The notes below the pieces were generated by a model, which saw nothing but the letters and a program-made list of their open reading frames with translations, had not been told where the DNA came from and did not search any database. From Pseudovirgaria hyperparasitica (lineage: Eukaryota): a stretch of DNA of 64,000 bases. This document shows, one piece after another, positions 44,501 to 55,832 of this stretch. Position 1 is the first letter of the stretch; the number at the start of each line of letters is the position of its first letter. The stretch is from NCBI GenBank assembly GCA_010093815.1, contig ML996573.1, one strand, 5' to 3'. The translations under genes and the position numbers were made by a program.

Positions 44501-47259
44501 GGCTTTAATGTCTTCGGTTCTTGATTCCGATTGATGTTACGTGCCACGAGATCCTCCCTGTCTTGTCGCTCTTTCCTGGTGATTGTGCTTACTCGTTCGA
44601 TTGTCTTGCCCTCGCCATCACGAGGCAGGGTCACAAATGACATGGGACGTGAATCCGCAGAGTCAATCGAGCTTCGCAATTGGCGATCATCCTTGCTAGT
44701 ACGATTAGTCCAAGACGCGAGACTCTGGACCCCTAAACTGTCTTTCGATCTGTGCCGGCCTGTAGTCTTCTGAGTCGTCGCCGAGCTCTGGGACGGAGCA
44801 TGTGATTGCCCGGGTGTTGTCGTCGAGTCGTGGGTGGTTATCGTTGGTGTTCCTTTCGCGTGCGTCTGCCCTTGGTGGATCTGATTTGAAGGAGGCGGCA
44901 CTACTCCGCCATGGTCGCCGTAAAGGTCATCGTCTGACATTAGACTCGCGACGCTCGCGTTGTCTGCATTTTGATTTATCATGAGGTTCTGCTGACTCTT
45001 TAGACCCGGCATTGATGTACCATTCTGTTGCAGAATTGGTTTGTCTCCGGGCTTCATTGTATTTCGGATTGCCGGATGCAATGCCAATGGAACCATCGCA
45101 GCTTCCACGTCACTCTTGTGTCTTTGGATCGAAGATGGCGCCTCGGTATCGTCCCCAATAAGCGTCTCATCATTCTGCGGAGGCGTTGCGAACGATCGTG
45201 TCGGATCAGCACGCTGAGGTGCGCGGGGCGGAGTAGACAGCCGCGGAAGCTCGTCTTTGGCATCATATTTAAACGAGAATGAAGGAGACGGTATCGTTAC
45301 GTCCAAACCCCTAATATTGCTAGTCTGTACCTTCGGTATATGCTGAAAGAACGCGAGTGGCTTGACAGGAATTGGTGTATCTTTAGGCGGAGGAAGTGGA
45401 GGTCGATTCTGCAATCTCGGTGGCTCCGGAGCAGCCACGACGCGTACGGCATACCCTTCGGTGCGGATCGGCTTGGACCCGGACTCAGAAGAACCATTTA
45501 CCACGGCGTTCGACAGCGCTTGAAGTAATGCGCCCTGGCGTCGAGGCGCTTGCGATAGCTGTGCACCGGGAACCGCATCATAGCCATTCAACGGCGAGTC
45601 TCTTCGGACTTCGCGCTTCGTGATCATCGGCGGTCCATTGACAACTGGCGGAGGGGGTGGAGCAAATTCTTGCGCAAGGGACAACGGACTCGGCTTGCGT
45701 GCGTGTTGATCTTCAAATTGAGGTGGGCGATCGAATATTGGCGTCGGGTTCTGCGATGCCTGGACTGTTGGAGTCAAGACAATGTCTCCTGGAAGACTAC
45801 AACTGTCACCGGCGGAGGAATCGTCATCGCTGGCGACCCCGGACTTGCTCGGTTGCTGCGTCGCAAGGGGGATCTGGATATGTGGTGGTTGCGTCGCATT
45901 GCGATCCGTCCTCTGCACGTGCGTGGGCGCATTTGCTTCACCATAATTAGTAGCAGCGCCATTTTCTATATTCACATTGTCGTCCTCAAAAGAGAACCGT
46001 GTCGGGGCTTGAGGAGTTTCATCTTCATCCACTGCCGTCGTGCTTGATCCATCGTGAAGAAAGGTGTCAACCTGCTGGCCGACTGCATCGTCTTCATCTG
46101 GGTCTTGCAGATGTGATTGCCCGCCTAGATTGCTTGCAGTCGCATCGGCAGACGCACCCCGAACAAAGTGCCCTGTCATGTTTCCAGCGTCCGGCGTTGG
46201 CTCATCGTCTTCTTCAGATGAACTATCCACCTCTTCCTCCCGGACGTTCATTTCCTTCTCCAGACCATAGGAATTCTGAAGAGCGATCTGTTCCTGCTCT
46301 CTCTGTCTCTCTGCAAGCAACTGGTCTCGCTCTTGGTTTCTATCCGAGTCAGATATTGGGCTGACTAGAGATGCGCGACGCTGGTCGATGGTGGGAGGTC
46401 TGGTGCCGACTGGGCTTATCTCGCCATCCTTGTTGATCACACGAGCCTGAACACCGGTGCCAATCTCTATCTCGTCGCTCACCGGATCGGAGCCCGAGTC
46501 TATCGAAGACTCGTAGCCATCCACACCATCTTCAATCTCCTTTTTGAATTCCTTCAGTTCGTCGTATATCTCGGGATTCTCGGTGAGCGTTCGATCGGGA
46601 TCCTCCTCAGCGGAGACGTGGTTCGGCTGCTCGTCCGCTGTGGCAGTCATAGTTGCAGGATCGACGCCCTGCACGGCCTGTAGCTGTTCCACACTGACGG
46701 GCAGGCTCGCGTGCCGCATGACACTCCTCAGAATCCTATCCTGAGCACCGTCCGGCAACGGCGGCTCGTCTTCCATGTTCCTCAAGTCGCCCCAAGACCT
46801 CTTATGTATGGACGTCGGCGCGGGAGACGGTAGGACGCCGAGATGTGAATCTACCACGCCATTAGAGTTCGGGGGAGGCGTAGTCGGCGGTTCAGGAAAC
46901 GCAGCGGCGGTGGCAGCAGCAGCAGCGTCAGACGCGTAGGTCGGGTCGACGTACGTCGTCTGGGGCAGGCGACGCGAGCTCCAGGCCTGCGCTCTCGAGA
47001 CGTCTATGCCAGAGCCGCCCAGCCACGAGTGAGGGCGGTGGTGGTGGTGTTCGTTGAACTCGCTATGATCGAGCTCGCTGGCGCGTTCGGTGTTGCGCCG
47101 CAGCAGGAAGATGCTGCTGGGACGCGAGGACGGCTTTGACTTGCGAGCGAACGGGCCTAACGACCAGCTCCGTCTGTGAGATTGCTTTTCCTCGTCATTG
47201 GCGTCGCGCAGGGTTCGCAGGCGGGGGATTGACGCGACCGAGGCGGACCGTGAGTACAT
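41533..47259 (-). CDS. Giant low-complexity (Pro/Ser/Gln-rich) protein, ~1900 aa; frame open upstream to 47550; may be the 3' exon of the upstream gene
   Basis: 6 kb uninterrupted ORF with first ATG at 47259. Short motifs RPMSFVTLPRD, EPKYDDVPLPAAY, QERPWAITLP and C-terminal MFAASYPGMEWMP. Confidence 0.8.
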   Translation of the reverse strand: MYSRSASVASIPRLRTLRDANDEEKQSHRRSWSLGPFARKSKPSSRPSSIFLLRRNTERASELDHSEFNEHHHHRPHSWLGGSGIDVSRAQAWSSRRLPQTTYVDPTYASDAAAAATAAAFPEPPTTPPPNSNGVVDSHLGVLPSPAPTSIHKRSWGDLRNMEDEPPLPDGAQDRILRSVMRHASLPVSVEQLQAVQGVDPATMTATADEQPNHVSAEEDPDRTLTENPEIYDELKEFKKEIEDGVDGYESSIDSGSDPVSDEIEIGTGVQARVINKDGEISPVGTRPPTIDQRRASLVSPISDSDRNQERDQLLAERQREQEQIALQNSYGLEKEMNVREEEVDSSSEEDDEPTPDAGNMTGHFVRGASADATASNLGGQSHLQDPDEDDAVGQQVDTFLHDGSSTTAVDEDETPQAPTRFSFEDDNVNIENGAATNYGEANAPTHVQRTDRNATQPPHIQIPLATQQPSKSGVASDDDSSAGDSCSLPGDIVLTPTVQASQNPTPIFDRPPQFEDQHARKPSPLSLAQEFAPPPPPVVNGPPMITKREVRRDSPLNGYDAVPGAQLSQAPRRQGALLQALSNAVVNGSSESGSKPIRTEGYAVRVVAAPEPPRLQNRPPLPPPKDTPIPVKPLAFFQHIPKVQTSNIRGLDVTIPSPSFSFKYDAKDELPRLSTPPRAPQRADPTRSFATPPQNDETLIGDDTEAPSSIQRHKSDVEAAMVPLALHPAIRNTMKPGDKPILQQNGTSMPGLKSQQNLMINQNADNASVASLMSDDDLYGDHGGVVPPPSNQIHQGQTHAKGTPTITTHDSTTTPGQSHAPSQSSATTQKTTGRHRSKDSLGVQSLASWTNRTSKDDRQLRSSIDSADSRPMSFVTLPRDGEGKTIERVSTITRKERQDREDLVARNINRNQEPKTLKPDEQEQRSSFGQLAVHQQMGPQHNDFRQTQEPAREEDIPVQRQPTQRQHSAENGFRTPSASHPPIAEEPAQHDPIEPDIAYQPGPSTTSPKGGKPRHTPIVPIDPSQEHVAYQLSGYREATKKALELKLQADPNFRKENEEPGYASQGHRMDKGKEPSRAHGLSFFTQDADRFKLKGKAIGVFKVLGRPSAVQEITPMNGHGEPRPSNGSAGSSSSAVQAAHRMSFQTPSNHPDSGNKKNRFSMKKFLQRDGVGSYNSPNALKAFKSESKVNGNTTNDGSAYQAVRQVPPSQAYPERSHTSHSMSGRTSRQSDKYGEGNLLREDMDDEEDEELDDEAMNAVRGNSFVKSSSTLGPIHENQLHPGISPVETFSPHHNGRTPSPMDKGIITPPEPKYDDVPLPAAYDRSFRHINDQGFQRPLNPYGPLTPPGLLSTESPTWRRDPRDPFRGPSTGPPRKFSSDSYAAHVKPDPGRHNRLTQPMSPPLVSPLSSPPAHKKLFGSGLVGAAIGAAKFGETKKSKAARNSKDGGQQERPWAITLPNGVEEEEEHRMQMSHPKASQILGAPVQTAQQMQGPPMHPQASGPPPGFLFANNNQAPQPPPGFRFAAPHEQPPQHPAQHPQHPIHQIQNTMHAPPAPRHPLLQGQTSSPEHYQQQPTHQVPQHMQQQQHQQQHPDGQSNYPSHHAQQPSPHPSRPPHQPPLPGYREVLPREVQHSLSPIPQSAVSTEHIPRAPSVKMFPLPPNHHHSPSPPLLDDKHTPSSAPPPPPPTAHPLREEVANNIDGPTFLTDPTPANSAHPSRESGSFDAIVPGQNGVPAVPDIRDAAAAAANPPTTNRMDTDAQQVDMSTNPRASPEARQILPPPPVHTLTSSPTTTSSANSHENDASVTVHTAQQADSLAAHTSSPALSGGLGGVGADADADGTTPVAHTPAAPGNGVSGTVVAASSKVFDAPEGIAELSAVPKGEEEDEPVMFAASYPGMEWMPTWEGD

Positions 47260-47964
47260 GGACAAATTCGGGGCCCGGGATGAGGAGAATTTGTCAAGAG
47301 TTTGGTATGCGGATCGCGCCGAGGCGTCCTGCGAGTCCACTTCAAGGCATATATGTATGTAAGTAGGGAATGCGGTGTTGGCGTACCAAAGGGAATAAAG
47401 GGAAGAAGTGATAGCAATAATGAACGAGTAATGCGCGATGTAGTGTAGCGGGAGCGAGTCGAGGGTTAATGGTAAATCAGAACTGGAGAGAGATGTCTTG
47501 GAGATGAATGATGGACGGGGCTGAAGTTGGCGAAGGCTTAGACGCTCCACGTTCGAATCTCAGCCAATCGAACAATTCACAACCAGCAAACAATCCCCGG
47601 CCCCGTCTATGGATCCATGCGGCGCGACGGCGACAAACTACTCCACATCTTGTCCTTTAGGCCCTTTAGTGGCGCCAGGGTTACCAAAGAGACGAGGCAT
47701 CCGTGCATAGATGGATATATATATATGTGTGTGTATATATATACATACACCTAAAAACAGTCTTGTCATCATCGCCAATATATGCAGGGGAACATCGTGC
47801 ACCCGCCGATCTGTGTGCTGGCTGTGCTCAATTTATATGTCACAAATCACCCTCATCATTATCACCAGCTTCATCATCAGCCGCCTTGCGCATACGAGAC
47901 AAGTAACAGAGGAACAAGGAGAAACGTCGGAAAGTTGGCATATATGATAGCTGCGGCCATTAAA

Positions 47965-50900
47965 TCAGTCCACCACCTTCTCGCCGCCTCCCTTGAGCCG
48001 GCTCTTCCCCTTCGCAAACAGACCCCTGGCACTTGTCGTTGCCTTTCCGCCAAATATACCCGCAGTCTGTAACAGTTCTTTGCCCTTTGCCTGGACCTTC
48101 GCGCCACCAGAAGGACTAGACGTTCCGGTGTGGGCAGCACTCACAGGTGAGCCTGCAGCCACGGCCGGGCTCGATGGCGAGTTGGTTGATGGCTGGTGTG
48201 AGAATGAGGGCTTGCTGGAGGTAGCAACTTGGTTCATCTTGCTGAAAACACTGAGCGACGGCGCATGTCGGTGCCGTGCTGACGAAGGAACCGCTGCTGG
48301 AACATTCGGTGCCCTGATGGCGATGTTCCTGACGTCTGCATGCTCTGGGCGCGCCGCTAGTGTGATCTCCAGCCAGTTACGCAAGCCAGTATCCATGTCT
48401 GCAAATTGCTTGCGAGTTAAGTCGTACTTTTCGGTGCGCTCATGAGCTGACTTCAGAACGAGTATCTCTCTGAAAGGCGGGATGCGCCCTGGATCAGCGA
48501 CTGCTGCGGCAGACGCAGGCGGCCCAGAAAATGATGGCTGCTGAGCTTCCACAGTCGGCTCGATTGGTTCATCTTGCTGAAGACTGGATACCTTTGACAT
48601 TTCCGCACTTGGTCTACCATACGTCGGCTCCTCAATTGCTTCGGGGTTCTCAGTATTCAAAACATGCAGGCCTCTGTTGACGACGGGTCCGGTGGTGTCA
48701 GGCGTGCTCACATCACTTGCAGCAATGTTAGCCGGAGGTGGCGGAAGTGGTGAATTGGTCGAAGTAGGAATCGGAGCGGCCGGGGATGTCTCTGTAGGCA
48801 ATGCGATCGGGGCAGACCCCGAGGGCTTCGGCGCGGGCTTTTCCCACGAGAAGCGTCGATCTAGATAGCCAGGTCCTGTTGAGGCGTCCAGCTCCACGGC
48901 TTTCTCCACTACGGGAGCTTCCACAGTTGTCTCCGGCGAGGTAGGCTTCGATGTGACATTTCTGAATGGATAAGTGTCAGCGCCTCCTGGCCCTCCCCAG
49001 AAAGAGTCGTACTCGGCTGGAAGAACAGAACTATCTCGAGACAATGCAGCCTCGGGAGCAGCCAGTTTTTGGGCCAACTTGGCGGCTTGGGGGCTCTCGG
49101 AGGCGATGGGACTCAGAGTCTGCACAATCTCTTTCCGTAGACGATCGCTTTCTTCATCGTTCGGCGAGTTATCGGTGCTTAGGCGCGGCACGCTGACAGA
49201 CTGTTCGGCAGTCGATATAGGAGGGAGCATGTCAGGGACAGGTGTAGCTTCACGGCTTTTTAGCGGGGGCACTGGCCGAATCTCATTGGAACTTTCACTC
49301 TGGCTCTCATCGTCAATATCCTTCGGCGGAGGTGTTGGTGCAATCGTGGACTCGGTCAAGTTCGACTCGATGCGTTGAGGTCCCAGTGGTCGACTTTGCA
49401 CCTCACCGATATCTCTACTTTTGGGTGTCTCCTCAGAGCTACCGAAGCCTGCGGCTGCTTTGATAGACTCTCCCATGGCGGCACCTGCTGCAGCTAGTGC
49501 AGACATCGCATCGCTTGGGCTTGTGACGTTGCCCTCCGGTGTTTCAGTCCACTTTGGAGATGTCGCTTCCAAGTCGACAGCATTGGCATCATGTTTGTCT
49601 TCCGGCGCATTCTGAAGTTGCTTTTCCGGCTCGCTCGGGGTGGCTAGACCAGGAGTAGACACATATGATTCCCACTGTCCGGGAAGTTTAGGTCGGAAGC
49701 TTTCTTCGCGAGCAGGTGCTGGCCTTGCATCTGTGGAATGCACTGTTGTGTCTTGTTTGGCGCTCTTGTTCGAAGAGACCGACTGTACCGAGTTTCTTCT
49801 CGATTCAGCATCGAACTTCCCAGCCAAGTCGCGAACACGTCCTTTCGATGGTGACTCTGATCTATCACGCGGTATGGCTGGATTTGGTGCAGTGAACTCT
49901 CTGGTCTGCTCAAGGAACGCAGCCTGGGACTCTTTTTCCTGCCCTGCCAGCTTCGCTACGTCTCTTTCGGGGCTGGTGACGATGGCTTGGGCGATGTCTT
50001 CTTCTCGCATAGTATAATCTTTCGTAGGGCTTGGAATCTCCGACGTCGAAGCACCAACGGGACTAGCAACATCTATTTCTGCCGCAGATGGAAAGCGTAA
50101 ATGGGCTGTTGAAGCAATGACCGGAGAGCGGGCAGGGCTATCGGTGGGAGTTGGTGAGACAAGACTCCGCCGCTTGGGATTTGAGCCACCGGATCCGGTG
50201 CGCGAGTGGGTTGCCTGATCAGGTCGAAGTGGTGCTTGATCCAGTCCATGAAGCGTCGCAGATGCACGCCTTGACGCATTTGGACTTTCCTCTGCGATCA
50301 CAGGTGTCGCCATGTCTTTTGCCTCTGCAACTCTCGCACGACTTGCTGCTGCTGCGGAGCTGGGAACCCGACTCATGATTGGACTGATACCACTCGTACT
50401 GTCTGTGTTGCTGCGCGATACGCTCGACCCAGTCTCTGAAGTCGACCCCGGTTGACGGGACACGGGTGTTGGTGGGACAGAATTGTCATCCTTGCGCGTG
50501 AATGCCTGGTCGACCACACCTTTGATCTCCGACGATGTATTGTTACTAGACGACGCAGGCTGTTTCCGGGAAAGCTGTCTCTGAACAGGTGGGGTAGCCG
50601 GGCCTGGAGAATATCCTGCTTGTGACCAGAAGTCATCGCCAAATGACGTACTGGAGAACTCTGGCAACGCTGGCGAGTTACTAAACCGCTTGGCCGGCGT
50701 AGTTGTTGAAGTCGCTGGTGGAGCCTGGATTTGTGGAGCTCCACTGGTCGCAGGAGGTTGTGCAATGTTTTCGCTCTTCCCTTCGGCGACCGACTCTAGT
50801 GGTCGCGCGCTTCGACTACTATCTTCAGCCGGCCGGCTGCTGAGAGAATCGACACTCGGGCGGCTAGATTCCATTGAAGCACGCTCCTTTTCTCTCGCTT

Positions 50901-51806
50901 CTGCTATCCTCTTGTATATATCTGCAGGGCGGATGAGGTTCGGTGTTCCGCTGGACTCACTGCCTGTACGTTGTTTCAGTGCCGTAGGCGTCGCGTCCAA
51001 TGAACCCAGCAGGTCTGAAGGAGCATCATCTTGGCCAAGACTGCTCTTCCGTGGCGGAAATTTCGAGACTGGCGATTCTCCGGGGCCGACAGAGGGCCGT
51101 GTCTGTAGGGGCTGTGGCATGGCGGATGGGTTGTAATCTTGTCTCCGTTGAGGCTCCATATTCGCCGACGGCGTCTCGGAGATGACGGAGTGGCTCCAGC
51201 TTGCGGCGCTCGATTGGCGACTGGCAGCCGGCTGTGATGGATAGCTTTGTTGCTGGCCACTCCGAGTATACTGCTGCTGAGAAGCAGGACCCGAAGCAGA
51301 AGCCATGGAGGCTGGACTCTGCATCAAGCTCTCTTCGTGGCGCAAGTTGTTTGCAGGTCCGCTGGTATCGATGCGATGTTGAGGGGGATGTGGTCCAGAG
51401 AATGCGCGCCTCTCGTCGCCGGTGTCGAAGGAATTCTTTCGTCCCATTGCCTGCGAGGGGGCAGATCGAGGATCCGTGAAGTTTCTCGCAGCATTCGATG
51501 GCATCTGCTGCTGCTGAGGCACAGGAGGAGGTGCCGCACTAGCACCATACTCGTCCTGCTCGTCATATTCGCCCCAATCGTCACCATCATACGAGAAGGA
51601 CTTTGCTTCCACCCATTTCTTTGTCTTTGCGCGGTTCACATTTGTGGAAAAGGAGGGTGGAGGGCCGCCAGGAGGACCTTGTTGTCGGCGATCACTGAAC
51701 GTATTCGTGTCAGCTATAGCCCTAACTAATAATAACAGTCGTAGAGATGCTGATCAACTTACAGAGGTGAGCGATGATCTTGCGCAAACTGCCATGGACG
51801 CGACAT
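47965..51806 (-). CDS. Large low-complexity fungal protein (~1250 aa); probable exons 51806-51763, 51694-47965
   Basis: 3.7 kb ORF with motifs NVNRAKTKKWVEAKSFSYDGDDWG, IRPADIYKR, SFRPKLPGQWESY, DRLRKEIV, RRFSWE and QFADMDTGLRNWL. Intron 51695-51762 (GTAAGT..GCTGAC..CAG) links an upstream ATG. First exon less certain. Confidence 0.82.
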
Positions 51807-52779
51807 ATTTCTTGTCGCAATGCTCAATAGGACAGGTCGTCAGTATGCAGCTCCGGGCTATTCATAGAATGCAGGCTTAACAATACGACAGCAGTGTGGA
51901 CGGAGGTCTGTCTGACAGACCAGGAGACAACGAACGGACAAAGGATATTAGATATTACGTGTAGGAAGCAGCCGAAGCAGCGTGATGTCGGTGTTGATGC
52001 AAAGGGAGAGAGAGTGAAATGAGTGAAAGATGCTGTGGAGTTGGAAGTTGGAGTGTTAAGCGTCAACCGCTAACCATAAAGCACTGAGTCGAAACAACAG
52101 AGTGACATATGACGCACTGCTTCAAGCCACGAAATGTGCTTTGCTGCTTGGTAACAGGGACTGCAGCTAGAACATGATACACAAAGTCCTCATTCCCATC
52201 ATTAGACTTCTCGATATCCCTCTGATTCGTCTGTTGTGTCTAATTCTGTTGCGCTGACGATACGTGAGAGACGAATGGCTGCGTCGTCACCTCTGTGTGG
52301 CTGTGCGCGTAGAGATTGGATGCGCTCAGGGGTCTTTGCTGAATGCAAAATGGGTCAGAAAGCTTGATGTCTCGACAAGAGTAATCTTGCCGCATAATTA
52401 TGCCAAGATATAACACTGCATGCAGCCACCCCTCTTCTGCTCTTACCACGACTCCTGAACTGTCGTGTATCAGCATCACAACACACTACTGGTCTGCATC
52501 TCACTTCCATCACGAACGCGCAGACGATCGAGTCGTCCAACATCTTTGTTCGCGAGATTTTCGCATTCTACACTTCCTGAACAGACGCTCCTTTTGCCTC
52601 GCCCTTCTCTCCACATTTCCGCAACGGCTGGCCCAGACACAAGAACGCCACGGACCCGTTGAAACTCCGACTCCCAAAACCTCCACCCTCCACCTATCCT
52701 CTCTCCCAACCGCAAACTGTACATATACATATACCATACCCTCACCTCACCCACAACCCACTGTCCACAACCCACAACA

Positions 52780-53927
52780 ATGGCCGTCCACTCGATACAA
52801 GACCGCACCTCCGAATTCCGCTCCATCCTCGCCCACGCCCAGCGCAAGCAAACCACCTCCAAAGTCGTCGGCTCCCAACGCCAATCCCTCCTCACCAACA
52901 ACCAGAAAGCCGCCGCCGGCAACACCACAAATGGCCCACGCCAACGCTCCGAATTTGCCCGCAAGGCCGCCGACATAGGCCGCGGCATCTCCGGCACCAT
53001 GGCCAAACTCGAACGCCTCGCCCAGCTCGCCCGCCGCAAAACCCTCTTCGACGACCGGCCCGTCGAAGTCGAAGAGCTCACCTTCGTCATCAAACAGGAC
53101 CTCGCCGCCCTCACCCAGTCCCTCTCCGCCCTCCGCGACTCCTCGCGCGCCCAGCACCCACAGGCCTGGCAGAAACACACCCACGGCCCCGCCCTCGACC
53201 AAGAAGGCGAACACGGCAAAAACGTAGTCGTAATGCTGAACGGCAAACTCGAGGGCATGACGGACAGTCTGAAGCAAGTCCTCCGCACGCGCATGGAGAA
53301 CGTCATGGCGAGCAAGTCGCGCACAGAAAACTTCGTCTCCTCCATGTCCACGTACTCGCACGGCGCCCTCGATCCCTCCCGCACCGACTCGCCGCTGTAC
53401 CAGACGCCGCAGCGAGGCCGCTCGCCGCGGCCCGGGTCGCACAACACGAGCGCAGCGCAGCAGGATCTCCTCTCGCTTGAGCCGTCGTCGTCGTCCTCTG
53501 CGCTTGCTCGCGCCGGGCCACAGTCGGATGCGCAGCTCATGCTGATGGAAGAAGCACAGGCGCCGAACCAGTATATCCAGCAGCGCGGCGAGGCCATCGA
53601 GATGATCGAGCGCACCATCGGCGAGCTCGGCGGCATGTTCTCGCAGCTCGCGCAGATGGTGTCGGAGCAGGGCGAGCAGATCCAGCGCATCGACGCCGAC
53701 ACCGAGGACGTCGTCGACAACGTCGAGGGTGCGCAGCGCGAGCTGATGAAGTACTGGAACCGCGTCAGTGGGAACCGGTGGTTGGTGGCCAAGATGTTTG
53801 GCGTGCTGATGATATGTAAGTCCTTCCTTGCTGCGTCGTCTTCTTGTCCACCGAATGTTCGGCGATTGGGAAATGGCATGCTAATCTGCCGCCAGTCTTC
53901 CTGCTCTGGGTCTTAATAGCGGGCTGA
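52780..53927 (+). CDS. SED5: Cis-Golgi t-SNARE syntaxin SED5; exons 52780-53815, 53896-53927
   Basis: IQDRTSEF N-peptide, RSEFARKAADIGRGI, KLERLAQLARRKTLFDDRPVE, Qa SNARE motif (IERTIGELGGMFSQLAQMVSEQGEQIQRID). Intron 53816-53895 completes the TM segment MFGVLMIFFLLWVLIAG*. Confidence 0.95.
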
Positions 53928-54416
53928 ATGAATATACGCCCGATCAAACCACGTCTTTTTTTGGGGGGAGGGTTTTTTTTGGGAATCTGCATATCCGGCG
54001 TTCCTTGGGCACGCGCTACCTACCCGATTTGCATGCATGCGTGACAGCAAGCAATCGCGATTTAGACTTTTTTACCCCGTCCTAGCCTACTGTACCTTGA
54101 CTTACCTTACATGCCCACAGTCGTCTCGCCAGTATCTTTCCATTGTACCATGCTATCAGCTATATATTTTTTTTATAATCACGACAGACAGGGTGAAGGA
54201 GGAAAAGGGTGGGAACGGGGGGAGGCAATCCGAGTCTGCGCCATGAGCACAGTATTATCTGTACAACAACAATATACATTTACACTTTTACCAGCGCACT
54301 ATATAACAGCAATGCAATGTTACATGTAGCTCTCGAGAAGCACAGCACTATCAAAGCAATTTTAGAAGAAAGATAAAAACGAGAGCATTAATTTTCATTT
54401 TCAAGTTCAGCCTGGC

Positions 54417-55832
54417 CTAGTAGTTCCTTCCAGTCCGCCGATAGACCAATTGAAAACACATGACCCGACCATATGTGCCCCACAGAACCGTTCCCGACTC
54501 CGTATTCCTACGCGCCACATCATGCGGACGCGACAGAAATATATCCACAAGCGCGAGCCGCGGCGTACACTGGTGATACATACTCTCCAGCCGCTGGACC
54601 AGGGGCCTGAGCAGCTCACACGGTTGATCGATGGCGGTCGTGAGGCGACGAAAGAGCGGTGGAAATAGGGTCAGCGCGAGGAGGGTCTTCGGGAACGTGG
54701 AGGGCAGGACGCGCTTGGTATCTCCTGGGCCTCGGACGAGGACGAGGAGGACGTCAATGGGGACTGCGATGGAGCAGAGTGCGGTGAAGTCTAGCAGCCG
54801 GCCCAGGGGCGTCTGGACAGGTTCGACGCCGGGGGCGCAGAACGATGTGCAGCTGAGGCGGAGGCTGAGCTCGATTAGGGTGTGACGGCAGGATAGGAGG
54901 GCTTCTCTGAGCTTGTAGCCGTGAAACGGCTGGGTGCCGAGGCGCTGGGACGTCCAGCTGAAGACCCGGAGGCGCGGCGTTCGAGTGAGGATCTTCATGA
55001 TGTCTGCGTCCGACACGAGGGGGTTCAGCAGCGTGAGGGCCGTGAGATTTGTCGTGGACGGGAGCCAGAAAGCCTGTACGTCTTTCTGAACGTCCTGCCA
55101 TTTTGTGTTGTGTGCGATGAATGCGTGTTTGAGGTTGCACGCGCCGAGGATAGGGAGGATAATAACACGTCTGGAGTGGTCGGACCGGATGCTGTCTTGC
55201 CACTCGAAGCTCGTCAGCTTCTCGAACCCGGACATCGTCGCTCTTGGGGTCCGGCAGAACACACGCCAAAACACCGCGCTCAGCATGCTTGTAAATACAT
55301 CGCTAGTCAGGCCCGGCCCCGTGTATAGGCTGAGCGTCCTGAGCCCGGACAGTTGCGCCAGTATCAGACTGACCACGCAGGCTACATCGTTGCGAGTCAG
55401 TCTGTTCATCCAGCTTCTCATACTAACACTAGTCTTGTCCGCAAGCCCGTTAACGTTAATAAACTGCCTTGCAAGCTCCATATATTCCCTCCCAAACGCA
55501 GGTCTCCGTTTCGTCATGTACTGCATGATGCCGTCATATCTCTTGAAGTAAAAAACACGAACCATCTCCGCATACCGACGGTTTCGAAGAAGGTTGTAAA
55601 GGAGCTGGTCAAACGGGGGACATGCCCGCCCCGTCGGCTGGCTTGTCCATTTTATGACCTTGTACAAATGCTCTGGTGCGACGTCGTTGAAGATCTGGCA
55701 GCAGCGCATCACTGTGGCCAGGTCCCCTGGAGCGCATTTGCTGAAGATCATGTGTAGTAGCTCGACTGGGAGGCCGGTGGCACTGGTTGGCTTGGTCCAG
55801 CCGGGTCCTGGGAAGAAGCTCTGGGTTGCCAT
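54417..55832 (-). CDS. F-box / RNI-like protein
   Basis: GLPVELLHMIFSKC..LATVMRCCQIFNDVAPEHLY F-box-type motif followed by LRR-like segments (LRTLSL, LTALTL, LRVFSW, LIELSL). Confidence 0.8.
   Translation of the reverse strand: MATQSFFPGPGWTKPTSATGLPVELLHMIFSKCAPGDLATVMRCCQIFNDVAPEHLYKVIKWTSQPTGRACPPFDQLLYNLLRNRRYAEMVRVFYFKRYDGIMQYMTKRRPAFGREYMELARQFINVNGLADKTSVSMRSWMNRLTRNDVACVVSLILAQLSGLRTLSLYTGPGLTSDVFTSMLSAVFWRVFCRTPRATMSGFEKLTSFEWQDSIRSDHSRRVIILPILGACNLKHAFIAHNTKWQDVQKDVQAFWLPSTTNLTALTLLNPLVSDADIMKILTRTPRLRVFSWTSQRLGTQPFHGYKLREALLSCRHTLIELSLRLSCTSFCAPGVEPVQTPLGRLLDFTALCSIAVPIDVLLVLVRGPGDTKRVLPSTFPKTLLALTLFPPLFRRLTTAIDQPCELLRPLVQRLESMYHQCTPRLALVDIFLSRPHDVARRNTESGTVLWGTYGRVMCFQLVYRRTGRNY

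Noticed and set aside
47515..47568. GTTCGAATC B-box-like motif with flanking GGCTGA/TCAGCC pairing
   Set aside because: The T-arm stem does not pair, the span is too short for a cloverleaf, and it overlaps a coding frame; not a tRNA.
52476..53879. 467 aa antisense ORF
   Set aside because: Shadow of SED5, explained by its strong C/G third-position bias; no motif of its own.
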